Of a stretch of DNA of 64,000 nucleotides, positions 33,064 through 42,969 are shown in pieces (position 1 is the stretch's first letter; each line of letters opens with the position of its first letter). The stretch spans positions 89,962 through 153,961 of IMG/VR virus record IMGVR_UViG_3300002144_000620; one strand, given 5' to 3'. Source of the DNA: a virus. The notes beneath the pieces are model-generated. The model made no database searches. It was given only the letters and a program-made list of their open reading frames with translations, and was not told the DNA's origin. A program made the translations under genes and the position numbers.

Positions 33064-34106
33064 TGGCTAAACAATACAACCTTAAAGATATTAATGGGTT
33101 ACACCTTAAGTCACCTTATGATTATAATTCATATAACACTAATGGTGTTGACGCTCTAATAGAGAATTTTGATTTTTACCCGTTAAAAACTAGTGATATT
33201 AGTAACTTTATTTTTATTAACGGATCGTACAGAAATGTTTTGGAAACATCAGAATACCATAATAAAATTATGGGTAACTCTTTTATTGGTGACAATTCTT
33301 ATACAAACAAAACACACGATTTAACGTACACACAAATTAAAAAAACTAAAGAGTTAGTTAAAGGTGAAAAGTATTACGTTAAATTCGATTTTTATTTCAA
33401 TTTTGATGGTGACGCTTACGGGTTCGATATAGGGTCAACTGGGTATACAATAAACACAGATTTATATGTTGTATTAGGTAATACCAAAAGAAAACTTAAG
33501 CTATCAAATCTATACATATATGATTTTGACAACCCAACGTATTCAAACACAACAGACAACCCAATAGATGAGGGTTATAAAGACATTGAGTCTGGCAACA
33601 ACATATACTCAAGTAACGTTAATATCACGAGTGACACTATAAATATGTCTTATGTACCAGATAATAAAACGTATTCCGTGTATTATAAAGGTGTTGGTAC
33701 AGGGTTAAATCCTGTTGTAACATCAAATGTTTCGTATATTGAAGCTAATAGTTATTCAGCCAACTACGGAACCCAAGTTTATATGAGCGTATCTTCTGAT
33801 CTAGCTTATGCGTTAACATCGTTCAACGTACCAACCTTTACTTCATCCGCAAACGGTATGGTTATAGAGCTATTGGAAAATCAAGGATACGGTAGCCCAT
33901 TTAACGTTATGGACGGTGGTTACTTATTTAAAGTTACTGCTGAATTAGATACAACATCGATGGCCGAGTTTGACGCTAACATATGTAAGGGTAATAAAGA
34001 TTTTAAAATAATTGTTGATTATAACGGCACTTTCTCACAAACAATAATAACTTATGAGGACATAGCTTACAGTGTAATAGTAGGTAATGAAAATCAACAA
34101 GCTTAA
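33063..34106 (+). CDS. Putative structural protein
   Basis: N/Y/S/T-rich ORF, TAATG coupling. Confidence 0.6.
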   Translation: MAKQYNLKDINGLHLKSPYDYNSYNTNGVDALIENFDFYPLKTSDISNFIFINGSYRNVLETSEYHNKIMGNSFIGDNSYTNKTHDLTYTQIKKTKELVKGEKYYVKFDFYFNFDGDAYGFDIGSTGYTINTDLYVVLGNTKRKLKLSNLYIYDFDNPTYSNTTDNPIDEGYKDIESGNNIYSSNVNITSDTINMSYVPDNKTYSVYYKGVGTGLNPVVTSNVSYIEANSYSANYGTQVYMSVSSDLAYALTSFNVPTFTSSANGMVIELLENQGYGSPFNVMDGGYLFKVTAELDTTSMAEFDANICKGNKDFKIIVDYNGTFSQTIITYEDIAYSVIVGNENQQA

Positions 34107-34118
34107 TAAAACATAGAT

Positions 34119-34724
34119 ATGCCAACAATAGTAAGTGCTAAAACTAAAGTAGTAAAAGTTATGCCGAAATTTAGTTTCGCTATACCTAAGATTAATTACT
34201 ACATGAATACACCATCAGTCAGTGTTACCAGCGAAACCGATAAGTTTCAAACACTAGAAAAGGATGGTAAATTTAATATATTAAACACAAATGCTACGGC
34301 TATATACTTTAACGATATCGTATTTAAAAGTGCCCGTATAAGGGATTCGAACTCTATATTATCAGTGTTAAAAGTAAAAACAAACTTATCTAGAACATAC
34401 GAGAATGAAAATAAATTTTACCAAGAACACACTGTTATGATTAACGGTTTTACAACTGGGTTATTAACAATTGTAAGTGAATTGGGTGTGATCGGTTCTA
34501 AAAAGATTATAATACCATTAACCAAATTAGAGTTTTCAGCTTTTTACGAGGTTAAAAATCTAGGTGTGTTAAACCAACATTACTACGGTAAAACAAGTAA
34601 TGCACCAAATAAAAGAGTTGGTATTATTGATTTTACTTTTAGTTTAAAGGCTTACTCTAACATAAGTAACAATACTGAGATAGAAGAGGATATTGTTATA
34701 ACAACAATTTTAGTTAATACGTAA
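34119..34724 (+). CDS. Hypothetical protein
   Basis: ORF in structural block. Confidence 0.65.
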   Translation: MPTIVSAKTKVVKVMPKFSFAIPKINYYMNTPSVSVTSETDKFQTLEKDGKFNILNTNATAIYFNDIVFKSARIRDSNSILSVLKVKTNLSRTYENENKFYQEHTVMINGFTTGLLTIVSELGVIGSKKIIIPLTKLEFSAFYEVKNLGVLNQHYYGKTSNAPNKRVGIIDFTFSLKAYSNISNNTEIEEDIVITTILVNT

Positions 34725-34743
34725 AAAATTTTAATGATGGTTA

Positions 34744-34798
34744 TATTTATATAATAAGTGATAATAACTTGACTTACAGAATAAAATTAATATTTTTA
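34744..34798 (+). promoter_or_regulatory. TATTTATA motif plus degenerate -33/-7 promoter
   Basis: TATTTATA 34744-34751; cTTG 34768-34771, 19 nt spacer, TATTTTTa 34791-34798. Confidence 0.45.
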
Positions 34799-34811
34799 AA
34801 TAAAGAATAAT

Positions 34812-35057
34812 ATGGGATTTATACCACAAAACGGGAATACCGATGAAATTAAAGTTTACTTAACTGAGTTAGGTAGAAGAAGACTTTTAGAGCAGGGTTT
34901 TATACCAGCATCATTCTCAGTCTCAGACGAGGATGGTAATTATAATGCGTTATCAACTGTTGATCAGATTGTTACAGACATTACTGGTGATTATAACGAT
35001 AATGTTTACGCAATATCAAAAAACATTATAATAAAAGGTCAAATCTTAATAAAATAA
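34812..35057 (+). CDS. Small structural protein, tail-collar N-terminal half motif
   Basis: VYLTELGRRRLL...FSVSDED.NY motif. Confidence 0.65.
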   Translation: MGFIPQNGNTDEIKVYLTELGRRRLLEQGFIPASFSVSDEDGNYNALSTVDQIVTDITGDYNDNVYAISKNIIIKGQILIK

Positions 35058-35063
35058 CATAAA

Positions 35064-36929
35064 ATGAGTGCAATATTAAAAATTAGATTACCATACTACG
35101 CTAGAACAGTGTCGACAGGTACAAATGGTATAGCTGAGTTTTTCTTTTTAGAAAAACCAAAATACGTACCAGCTTTAAACCAATCAATTGTGATTACACA
35201 CACTGAGGTTTCAACAAATTCAGGTTTAAACACAAAACTAACCAATATATCAACAAACACTGTTATAGGTAAATTCCAGGCGGCACCAGACTTAACGAAT
35301 CAATCAGCGTCTACCATTGCAGCTAACGGTGGATATTCTTTTTTGTTTTCAATAGCTTATAATGATGCTGAATTTTCTCAAGCACAATACGGTGGAACTT
35401 GTCGTGGTTATTTAGAGTACGATTACAATCCAGCTAACTACAACATACTTAAACCAGTTGAAAGTGTTGTTGTGGTTAACGAAACAATACCATTTGATTT
35501 AAGTAATGGTTTTCAGAGTCTTACACATAAATACGATTCAGGTGCTTTAACAATATCTGATGTTTTACCAGGATTTTTTGTTGGTAGACAAGATAATAAC
35601 ACTATTTTCGCCAATTTACTAAAGTCATTAAACCTACCTATAACAGAGGAAGAATATAAAAAATATAGTAGATCAGCATATGGTGTATTATCAGTAGCGT
35701 CAGCAACAGATACAGTAGCGGTAATAAAAAACGGTATTAACTACAAGTGGACCGAAATTACATCATCGTATACTGGTACAACAGATGCTTTAATTACACA
35801 TCCAACTACAGGATATACAGGTGAGCATTATGCTACAGTTATGCAAACTATTGGATCAACCGAATTTGAAACAGACAAACCGTGGAACTTACCAGTACCT
35901 AATGATATGTTTCTAATTTTTGAGGTTCCAAACAATAAGTACGGTGAGATCATTGATGGTAAAACCATTAAATTAACATTACCTTATTATTCTGGTACCG
36001 ATTCTATTGATCCAGACGAAAAACGTTTAGGTATTATGAGTTATACTGCTGTACCTGAAACTAGTATTGAAATTTACGGTACTTACAGTGAATCTGGTAT
36101 TAATAATAATTTAGATAGGAAATTATCAGAACCTAGTATAGGTGTTAATACAATAGGTGTTAGACCTGATTTAGCGACAACTAGTGCAACCACGTATGAA
36201 AGTAATGTTGTGTTATTATTCTCAGATGAGGTAGCCACGCCATCAGCTAATTTTAATAACTGGGGTGATGGATATACTGAAGTTATCAATGGTACCAAAG
36301 TGTTTTCACCAACAGCACAAGAAAAACCAACATACGACTATAAAGATGATAAATGTATAGGTGTTGCTTATTTGGATAAAGGTTTTATCGTTATCACACA
36401 CCCAACTATCGTAGATTCTTACTTTAAAAATATATTTGATGGTGATATTATCACAGCTGGTTCAACTACTGTATATAAAAACTACGATTTAATTAACGGT
36501 ATAACTGGACCAACCAGGGGTGATGTTAGAACAACATATCTTACTGGTGATACACAAGAACTTATTGTAACTAAAGATGGTACTGATTATCTTTGGGATA
36601 GCACTCAATTTATCTATACTAGTTCACAAGACTCGGTATTAGAATATAATAGTTATAATACAGAAAAGTCATTAAACATAGTTTGTTTAGCGTCTTCAGA
36701 TGAATTCTTTAAATCATCAAATGATACAGCCAAAGATTTACAGGGAATTGAACAAATAGAGGACTACGCATCGTTTAAAACAACTGATGGTGATCTTTAC
36801 CCAGTAATTATAACACAATTAGGTATACACGATTCTGATGGAAATCTATTAGCTATATGCAAACCAACACAACCAATTAAAAAATATTGGTATGATGTTG
36901 TTTCATTTAATGTAAAAATAAGGTTATAA
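35064..36929 (+). CDS. Structural protein with tail-collar C-terminal half motif
   Basis: C-terminal IITQLGIHDSDGNLLAICKPTQPIKK, paralogous to the end of 29960. Confidence 0.65.
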   Translation: MSAILKIRLPYYARTVSTGTNGIAEFFFLEKPKYVPALNQSIVITHTEVSTNSGLNTKLTNISTNTVIGKFQAAPDLTNQSASTIAANGGYSFLFSIAYNDAEFSQAQYGGTCRGYLEYDYNPANYNILKPVESVVVVNETIPFDLSNGFQSLTHKYDSGALTISDVLPGFFVGRQDNNTIFANLLKSLNLPITEEEYKKYSRSAYGVLSVASATDTVAVIKNGINYKWTEITSSYTGTTDALITHPTTGYTGEHYATVMQTIGSTEFETDKPWNLPVPNDMFLIFEVPNNKYGEIIDGKTIKLTLPYYSGTDSIDPDEKRLGIMSYTAVPETSIEIYGTYSESGINNNLDRKLSEPSIGVNTIGVRPDLATTSATTYESNVVLLFSDEVATPSANFNNWGDGYTEVINGTKVFSPTAQEKPTYDYKDDKCIGVAYLDKGFIVITHPTIVDSYFKNIFDGDIITAGSTTVYKNYDLINGITGPTRGDVRTTYLTGDTQELIVTKDGTDYLWDSTQFIYTSSQDSVLEYNSYNTEKSLNIVCLASSDEFFKSSNDTAKDLQGIEQIEDYASFKTTDGDLYPVIITQLGIHDSDGNLLAICKPTQPIKKYWYDVVSFNVKIRL

Positions 36930-36939
36930 AAAATAGATT

Positions 36940-37542
36940 ATGGTATTAGAAGAGATACAAGAAGATTACTACTTACTTGGACTAGACGTTTCAACAAAGA
37001 CAATTGGAATTTCGTTATTTAATAATAAGGGTGAACTTTTGGAATTAACACATATTTCACCAAAAGCTAAACCAACACCAATATCAAAAACCGAGGAACT
37101 ACTTAAAAAAGCTGATTTATTTTTTGATTTTATCCAAAAATATAGAAACATGAATATAAAACATGTTTTAATCGAGGAACCATTACTAAGATCCAATAAT
37201 GTAAATACGGTAGGTACACTATTAAGATTTAATGGTATGGTAACTAAAATATGTTACGATACTTTACGTATTACACCTGAGTATATTAGCACTTACGAAG
37301 CCAGAAAAAATGCTTTTCCTGAATTAATGAAAATTGGTAGTAGCAAAAAAATAGTTTTATTTGGTGGTTTACCTAAAGATATTGATAAGAAAAAAATTAT
37401 ATGGGATTTAGTTAATACTAGAGAACCTCAGATTAATTGGTTCTACGATAAAAAGGGTCAATTAAAGAAAGAAAATTATGATATGTCAGATAGCTACGTT
37501 GTTGCACTTGCATACATGAAAATGAATGGTTTAGTTATTTAA
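36940..37542 (+). CDS. RuvC-like Holliday junction resolvase
   Basis: LGLDVST..IG, IEEP, DMSDS acidic catalytic pattern. Confidence 0.8.
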   Translation: MVLEEIQEDYYLLGLDVSTKTIGISLFNNKGELLELTHISPKAKPTPISKTEELLKKADLFFDFIQKYRNMNIKHVLIEEPLLRSNNVNTVGTLLRFNGMVTKICYDTLRITPEYISTYEARKNAFPELMKIGSSKKIVLFGGLPKDIDKKKIIWDLVNTREPQINWFYDKKGQLKKENYDMSDSYVVALAYMKMNGLVI

Positions 37543-37563
37543 TAAATAAACTACAAACTACTT

Positions 37564-37610
37564 AATAACCCTGAATATATTAATAATATATGTTCAGGGT
37601 TATTTTTTTT
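37564..37610 (+). terminator. Rho-independent terminator
   Basis: AATAACCCTGAATATAT...ATATGTTCAGGGTTATT followed by T run. Confidence 0.85.
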
Positions 37611-37629
37611 AACTATTTTACGGATAAAG

Positions 37630-37661
37630 TTTGGTTATAACTAAATGATTTATTACATTTG
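37630..37661 (+). promoter_or_regulatory. Consensus Bacteroidota -33/-7 promoter
   Basis: TTTG (37630-37633), 20 nt spacer, TACATTTG (37654-37661). Confidence 0.8.
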
Positions 37662-37668
37662 TCGGAGT

Positions 37669-38631
37669 ATGACAACATTTAGCCAAGATTTAGAGATTGA
37701 CAAACTAGTTTCATTACTAGAAAATTTTTTAGGCGATCCTAGAAAACACTATAGACGTAATGGTCAGATTAGTTTTGATTGTCCTAATTGCTCTGCTATG
37801 AAAGGTATTGAACATGACGGTAAAGGTAATTTAGAGATTACGTATATTAGTGGACTTTACAATTGTTGGTCATGTGGTGAATCACACGATACAAAAGGTC
37901 GTTTATCTAATCTAGTTAAAAAATATTCTGACAAAAGAACATTAAAAGAATTTTACGAACTTAAATTTAAATTCAATGAGTTTAAAACAGTTACCGAAAA
38001 ACAAGACGATTTAGTACTCCCAAAAGAATATGTTAAATTACATAATAAACAAGATAATAACCGATTTAATAGTGCTTTTAGATACCTATACAGTAGAGGT
38101 ATTAACAATAAACACATAGATAAGTACCAGATAGGTTTCTGTTTAGATGGTAAGTACCAGAATCGAATAATAATACCATCTTATGATAGTAACGATAAGT
38201 TGAATTTCTTTGTGACCAGATCAATAAACCCAAGAACAACTAAATTCAAATACCTAAATCCTAAAGCCGAAAAACAAAAATTAATCTTTAATGAGAAATT
38301 AATTGATTGGGAAAAACCAGTATTTTTAGTTGAAGGCGCTTTTGATCACATAGTGGTACCTAATAGCATACCATTACTTGGTAAAAAAATGTCTGAAAAA
38401 TTATTCAATGACTTATATTTTAAATCAAAAAATTATATTATAATTGCACTTGATCCAGATGCTATGGATGATACTACTAAAATATACAACAAATTGGATG
38501 GCGGTAGATTGTATAAAAAAATATTGGTATCAGAACTACCACAAGATATAGATATTTCGTTATATAATGAAAAATACGGACCAGATAACTTAAAGAAACT
38601 ATTACAAGCAAGTAAAAGACTCCAAGAATGA
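37669..38631 (+). CDS. DNA primase (DnaG/gp61-like)
   Basis: Zn ribbon CPNC...CWSC, RIIIP, KYLN, TOPRIM VEGAFD and DPD; start moved to 37669 because ATG 37645 lies inside the promoter. Confidence 0.9.
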   Translation: MTTFSQDLEIDKLVSLLENFLGDPRKHYRRNGQISFDCPNCSAMKGIEHDGKGNLEITYISGLYNCWSCGESHDTKGRLSNLVKKYSDKRTLKEFYELKFKFNEFKTVTEKQDDLVLPKEYVKLHNKQDNNRFNSAFRYLYSRGINNKHIDKYQIGFCLDGKYQNRIIIPSYDSNDKLNFFVTRSINPRTTKFKYLNPKAEKQKLIFNEKLIDWEKPVFLVEGAFDHIVVPNSIPLLGKKMSEKLFNDLYFKSKNYIIIALDPDAMDDTTKIYNKLDGGRLYKKILVSELPQDIDISLYNEKYGPDNLKKLLQASKRLQE

Positions 38632-39374
38632 TTACGTTAGATCACGCAACACACACATATAGTAATAGTAAACATCCTAGTGTAAAGTATACATCAGTTA
38701 CTACTGTTTTAGGTATGTATAAGGATAAATTTGATGAGGACTTTCACGCTAATAGAATAGCTGAAAGAAAAGGTATTAATAAAGATGACGTAATAGCCGA
38801 ATGGCGAGAAATTAACAGAATGGCCAATGAATACGGTACAGCTTTACACGAGATATGTGAACGATACTTATTGGCACCCAACAGAATGTACTCACCAAGG
38901 GACGAGTTCGAAAAATTAGTTATAAAAGAGTTAAAAAGGGTTTGCTTATCTGAAGGTTTAACTTTAAATGAGAGTAAATACTTAAAACCAGAACATATAA
39001 TGTCATTAGAGTTTAATGACAATGAAGGTGTTGCTGGTACAGCTGATATTATAGAGGACTTACCACCAGAAACATTACTATTCAACGTGTGGGATTTCAA
39101 AACGAATAAGAGATTTAATTACGAAAATAAATATGGTGAGTTCCTTCACTTCCCACTAGATCATTTAGCTCATTGTCAGTACAATGACTATACGATACAA
39201 TTATCCGTATACGCATTAATGTACGAAAGGGAAACTGGTAAGAAATTTAATCGTGGTGGTTTATTATATTGGGATAAAACAATACAGGAATTTAAATTAA
39301 TTCCAATTACATATATGAAAAAAGAAGCTGAAATGCTAATTGAACATTACAAAATGAAAAGAATGGTATTATGA
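38628..39374 (+). CDS. PD-(D/E)XK exonuclease (Cas4/RecB-like fold)
   Basis: SVTT, GTALH, GTAD, DFKT, QLSVYA motifs. Confidence 0.85.
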   Translation: MITLDHATHTYSNSKHPSVKYTSVTTVLGMYKDKFDEDFHANRIAERKGINKDDVIAEWREINRMANEYGTALHEICERYLLAPNRMYSPRDEFEKLVIKELKRVCLSEGLTLNESKYLKPEHIMSLEFNDNEGVAGTADIIEDLPPETLLFNVWDFKTNKRFNYENKYGEFLHFPLDHLAHCQYNDYTIQLSVYALMYERETGKKFNRGGLLYWDKTIQEFKLIPITYMKKEAEMLIEHYKMKRMVL

Positions 39375-40168
39375 TAGAAAAAATAGCACATATAGCCGAT
39401 ATCCATTTTAGGAATATCCAAAGACACGAAGAATTTAGATCAATATGTGAAAACTTTATAGACCAGATGATTAACATTAAACCAGATAGGATTGTTATAG
39501 CTGGTGACATAGTACACTCTAGAAACCAAATTAGCCCAGAATTAGTTAATGAAGTTTCGTGGTTCTTAAACGAATGTTCAAAAGTATCTGGTAAGGTTGT
39601 CATAATACCAGGTAACCACGATATAGTTGAACAAAATAAAGAGAGAATGGATGCCCTAACGCCAATCATTAACACACTTAATGTTGATAACATATCGTAT
39701 TACACAAAATCAGGGTTATACAAGGACGATAATGTCGTTTGGTCAGTATTTAGTATCTTCGATAACCACATGGCACCAGAAGGGTTAGAAATGCGTCCAC
39801 ATGAAGGTATTTACATTGGTTTATATCACGGAACAATAGTTGGTGCAGTAAATGAAATGGGTTTTAAATTCACACATGGTGCTGAATTAACTAAATTCAG
39901 GTATTGTGACTTAGTTTTATGTGGCGATATACATAAAAGACAGGTTTTTAAGTCAGACAACACACCTATAATAATGGTGGGGTCTTTTATACAACAAAAT
40001 TTTGGTGAAACTATTAGCGAACATGGGTTTAATATGGTATATTTGTCTGAAGATAATAAAATCACTAACGAATTTCACGATATCGAAAATCCGATTAAAT
40101 ATTTAACATTTAAGATCAGTGATATTAGTGATATTGATGATGGTAACGAAATTTTAGTAAATGGGTGA
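39371..40168 (+). CDS. SbcD/Mre11/gp47-like metallophosphoesterase nuclease (short)
   Basis: ADIH, AGD, GNHD, YHG, GDIH motifs. Confidence 0.9.
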   Translation: MIEKIAHIADIHFRNIQRHEEFRSICENFIDQMINIKPDRIVIAGDIVHSRNQISPELVNEVSWFLNECSKVSGKVVIIPGNHDIVEQNKERMDALTPIINTLNVDNISYYTKSGLYKDDNVVWSVFSIFDNHMAPEGLEMRPHEGIYIGLYHGTIVGAVNEMGFKFTHGAELTKFRYCDLVLCGDIHKRQVFKSDNTPIIMVGSFIQQNFGETISEHGFNMVYLSEDNKITNEFHDIENPIKYLTFKISDISDIDDGNEILVNG

Positions 40169-40622
40169 TATTAATATAGAAAACAGTTTATATGAAGATG
40201 TTTTAGCTTTTTGTAAAGCTAATGATATCGATGATATTGAAATTTTTGTTAATCAAATGATTAGGAAGGGTTTTGATATGAGAAAATACGGTGACTCATT
40301 CGCTTTTTTCTTTAATAAAAGTGGTGATGACATAGTTCATGTTAAGCAAGAAGAGGCTACTGAACAAAAACTAACCAAAGAAGATGCCGCTGTTTTATTT
40401 GAAGCGATTGAAAACCCACCTGAACCTAACCAAGAATTAATTGGTGCGGTTGAAAAATACAAAGAATCCGCTAAAGAAGAACAAGTACCTGAACCAACAT
40501 CGGTACCAGAGGTTGTTTATAAAGTAAAAGAAGAACCTATACAAGATAAAAATAGAGTACCCGTTAAAATAATAAAAAAAGACCCTAAAGACAATTATGA
40601 CGTATATGACGAAATCAACTAG
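40161..40622 (+). CDS. Hypothetical protein with RHH-like N-terminus and DUF1778-like motif
   Basis: LTKEDAAVLFEAIENPPEPNQELIGAVEKY segment at 40371-40460. Confidence 0.55.
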   Translation: MGDINIENSLYEDVLAFCKANDIDDIEIFVNQMIRKGFDMRKYGDSFAFFFNKSGDDIVHVKQEEATEQKLTKEDAAVLFEAIENPPEPNQELIGAVEKYKESAKEEQVPEPTSVPEVVYKVKEEPIQDKNRVPVKIIKKDPKDNYDVYDEIN

Positions 40623-42966
40623 TACAACCGATTTATATGACGTAAATAACTACATTAAAGTTATTTGGGAAGATACATTAGATAACCACTCAACACATCG
40701 AGAAAAACAGGTTGAGAAATATTTTCAGAAAAAATATAACACAACTAAAGTTAAAGTAATATTCAAACCGATATCATCAAAAAATAGTGGTGTTATTGCT
40801 GAAGGTACGGCAGATGCATCAGAAATTATTTTAGACGAAAACTACCAAAAACAATTAATTGAGAATTATTTAACTGATAATGGTATAAATGTTAATATGG
40901 AATATCTAATGAAATTAGATAACTCAGTTAACGTTGAATTAGAGGATTACAAAGATCAAACTAATAGATATAAGAAATTTAAAATAAAACAAGTTGAGTT
41001 CTCTAACTTTTTGTCATTTGGTGACGGTAATCGAATTAACTTTACCGATAAGTTAGGTATAACATCAGTTATGTCAAACCCACCAAACTTTGGTGGTAAA
41101 ACAACTATGACGGTTGATTTACTACTATTCCTATTTTTTGGGGTAACAACAAAAACAGATAAGATAATTGACGTTTTTAATAGATACTCCGATGAAGACA
41201 CTGTTGTTGTTAAAGGTTTGGTTGAAATTGAGGGTGATTCTTACGTAATAAAAAGAAGTGTTAAAAGAAAACAAAGTAAAGTAGGTGAGTATACTTGTAA
41301 AAGTGAATTAGATTTTTATCAGGTACTACCAAGTGGTGGTGTTAAGCAATTAAATGGTGAACAAAGAAAATTCACAGACGATCTTATTAAAACATATGTT
41401 GGTTCATACGAGGATTTCTTAATAACTATATTAACCACTGGTGATAATTTAGATGATTTAATTAAAACAAAACCTACTGAACGTGGTAGGATATTAACTA
41501 AATTTATTGGTTTAGAGTTTTTTAGGGAGAAAGAAAAGATTGCCAAGAAAAAACATCAGGAATGGAAAGAGAAATCTAAATTATATCATAATAATAGCCA
41601 AGATATTTTAGGTAAAATTGACAATGAGAATGAAAAAATTACAAATAACAAAGAGTTCATAGATAATCTAAATAAAAGATTTACTGAAAAAGTTGAGTTA
41701 TTAAAAGGTTTTGATGAGGAACGTGATAGATTAAATGTCGCTAGGGTCAATAATATTGACACAGAACTATACAAAATAGATGAGGTTGATATAAAATCTG
41801 GTATAGCTAAGGTAGTTACTATGATTTCAAACAAGGAAACCGAGATAGAAGAATTAAAGAAAGATAACCCTAAACCAGAAAACAATTTTGATGTAGATTT
41901 ATATTCAACAAATGTACTAAATTTACGTGAACTTAGTGATAATGAAATTGAGACTAAAATTGCTGTATCTCAACTCGAGAAAACAATAACAAACTTAAAG
42001 GATGGTGAGATCTGCCAGTCGTGTCAAAGACCATTAGAGGGGGTTGACCACAAAAAGGAGATAAGTCTTAACGAGAAAAAATTAATCAACTTAAACAATA
42101 AACACAACAAAATTAAAGAGGATGTTATTGTATTGACAGGACTGATAGGTAAGGGTCAATTATTAAAAGATTTATGGGACCAGTTTAATAAGTTTGAGTT
42201 ACTACAACAAAACAAGGAAATGGAGTTGGATAACTTAAAAGGTAGTTTAGATAGGGGTAACGAAAAATTAAACCAATATCACTTAGCTAAAGAAGCTTTA
42301 GAAAAAAATAAAATAATAGATACCGACTTAAATAAACTAAAATTTAAAGTACAGGAAGAGAATAACCAGAAAGAATCTTTAATGCTACAAATTAATGGTT
42401 TAAATAAGGACATTCAGTTATCAGAAAGTAAAATAACCGAATGTAATGAGTTATTAATTGAACTAAAAAGAGAAGAGGTCTTAGATAAGATATTTAAAGT
42501 TTATTTAGAGATCTACGGTAAAAACGGTATATCCAAGATGGTTTTAGGTACAATGATACCGTTAATTAACAGTCATTTAAGGATTTTACTATCAGATACG
42601 GCTGACTTTGACTTACAGATGAAAATGAACGATAAGGGTGAAATCGAATTCTGGATGACTGACAGTGAGACTGGTGTTGATAAACCATTATCTTCAGGTT
42701 CTGGTTATGAGAAAACGGTTAGTTCATTAGCGTTAAGATGCGTTTTAAGTAAAGTTTGTTCACTACCTAAACCAAACATCATTATATTTGATGAAGTAAC
42801 TGGTAAAGTATCCAACGATAACCTAGATAAGTTAGGTATATTTTTTGATAAACTAAAATCATTATTTGACCACATTTGGATCATTAGTCATAACCCCTAT
42901 ATCCAAGATTGGGCGGATAATATAGTTAAAGTCGAAAAAAATAATAATATATCTAAAGTAGTATAA
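40597..42966 (+). CDS. SbcC/Rad50/gp46-like ATPase with N-terminal extension
   Basis: FSNFLSFG, Walker A NFGGKTT, coiled coil, Zn hook CQSC, signature-like GSGYE, Walker B IIIFDE, ISH. Confidence 0.9.
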   Translation: MTYMTKSTSTTDLYDVNNYIKVIWEDTLDNHSTHREKQVEKYFQKKYNTTKVKVIFKPISSKNSGVIAEGTADASEIILDENYQKQLIENYLTDNGINVNMEYLMKLDNSVNVELEDYKDQTNRYKKFKIKQVEFSNFLSFGDGNRINFTDKLGITSVMSNPPNFGGKTTMTVDLLLFLFFGVTTKTDKIIDVFNRYSDEDTVVVKGLVEIEGDSYVIKRSVKRKQSKVGEYTCKSELDFYQVLPSGGVKQLNGEQRKFTDDLIKTYVGSYEDFLITILTTGDNLDDLIKTKPTERGRILTKFIGLEFFREKEKIAKKKHQEWKEKSKLYHNNSQDILGKIDNENEKITNNKEFIDNLNKRFTEKVELLKGFDEERDRLNVARVNNIDTELYKIDEVDIKSGIAKVVTMISNKETEIEELKKDNPKPENNFDVDLYSTNVLNLRELSDNEIETKIAVSQLEKTITNLKDGEICQSCQRPLEGVDHKKEISLNEKKLINLNNKHNKIKEDVIVLTGLIGKGQLLKDLWDQFNKFELLQQNKEMELDNLKGSLDRGNEKLNQYHLAKEALEKNKIIDTDLNKLKFKVQEENNQKESLMLQINGLNKDIQLSESKITECNELLIELKREEVLDKIFKVYLEIYGKNGISKMVLGTMIPLINSHLRILLSDTADFDLQMKMNDKGEIEFWMTDSETGVDKPLSSGSGYEKTVSSLALRCVLSKVCSLPKPNIIIFDEVTGKVSNDNLDKLGIFFDKLKSLFDHIWIISHNPYIQDWADNIVKVEKNNNISKVV

Positions 42967-42969
42967 AAT

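Noticed and set aside
12416-36929. Bacterial contractile injection system or tailocin
   Set aside because: Embedded among phage replication genes with no cellular housekeeping context.
38628-39374. Cas4-like nuclease as evidence of a CRISPR system
   Set aside because: No repeat-spacer array or other cas genes, no four-Cys Fe-S motif; sits in the recombination operon.
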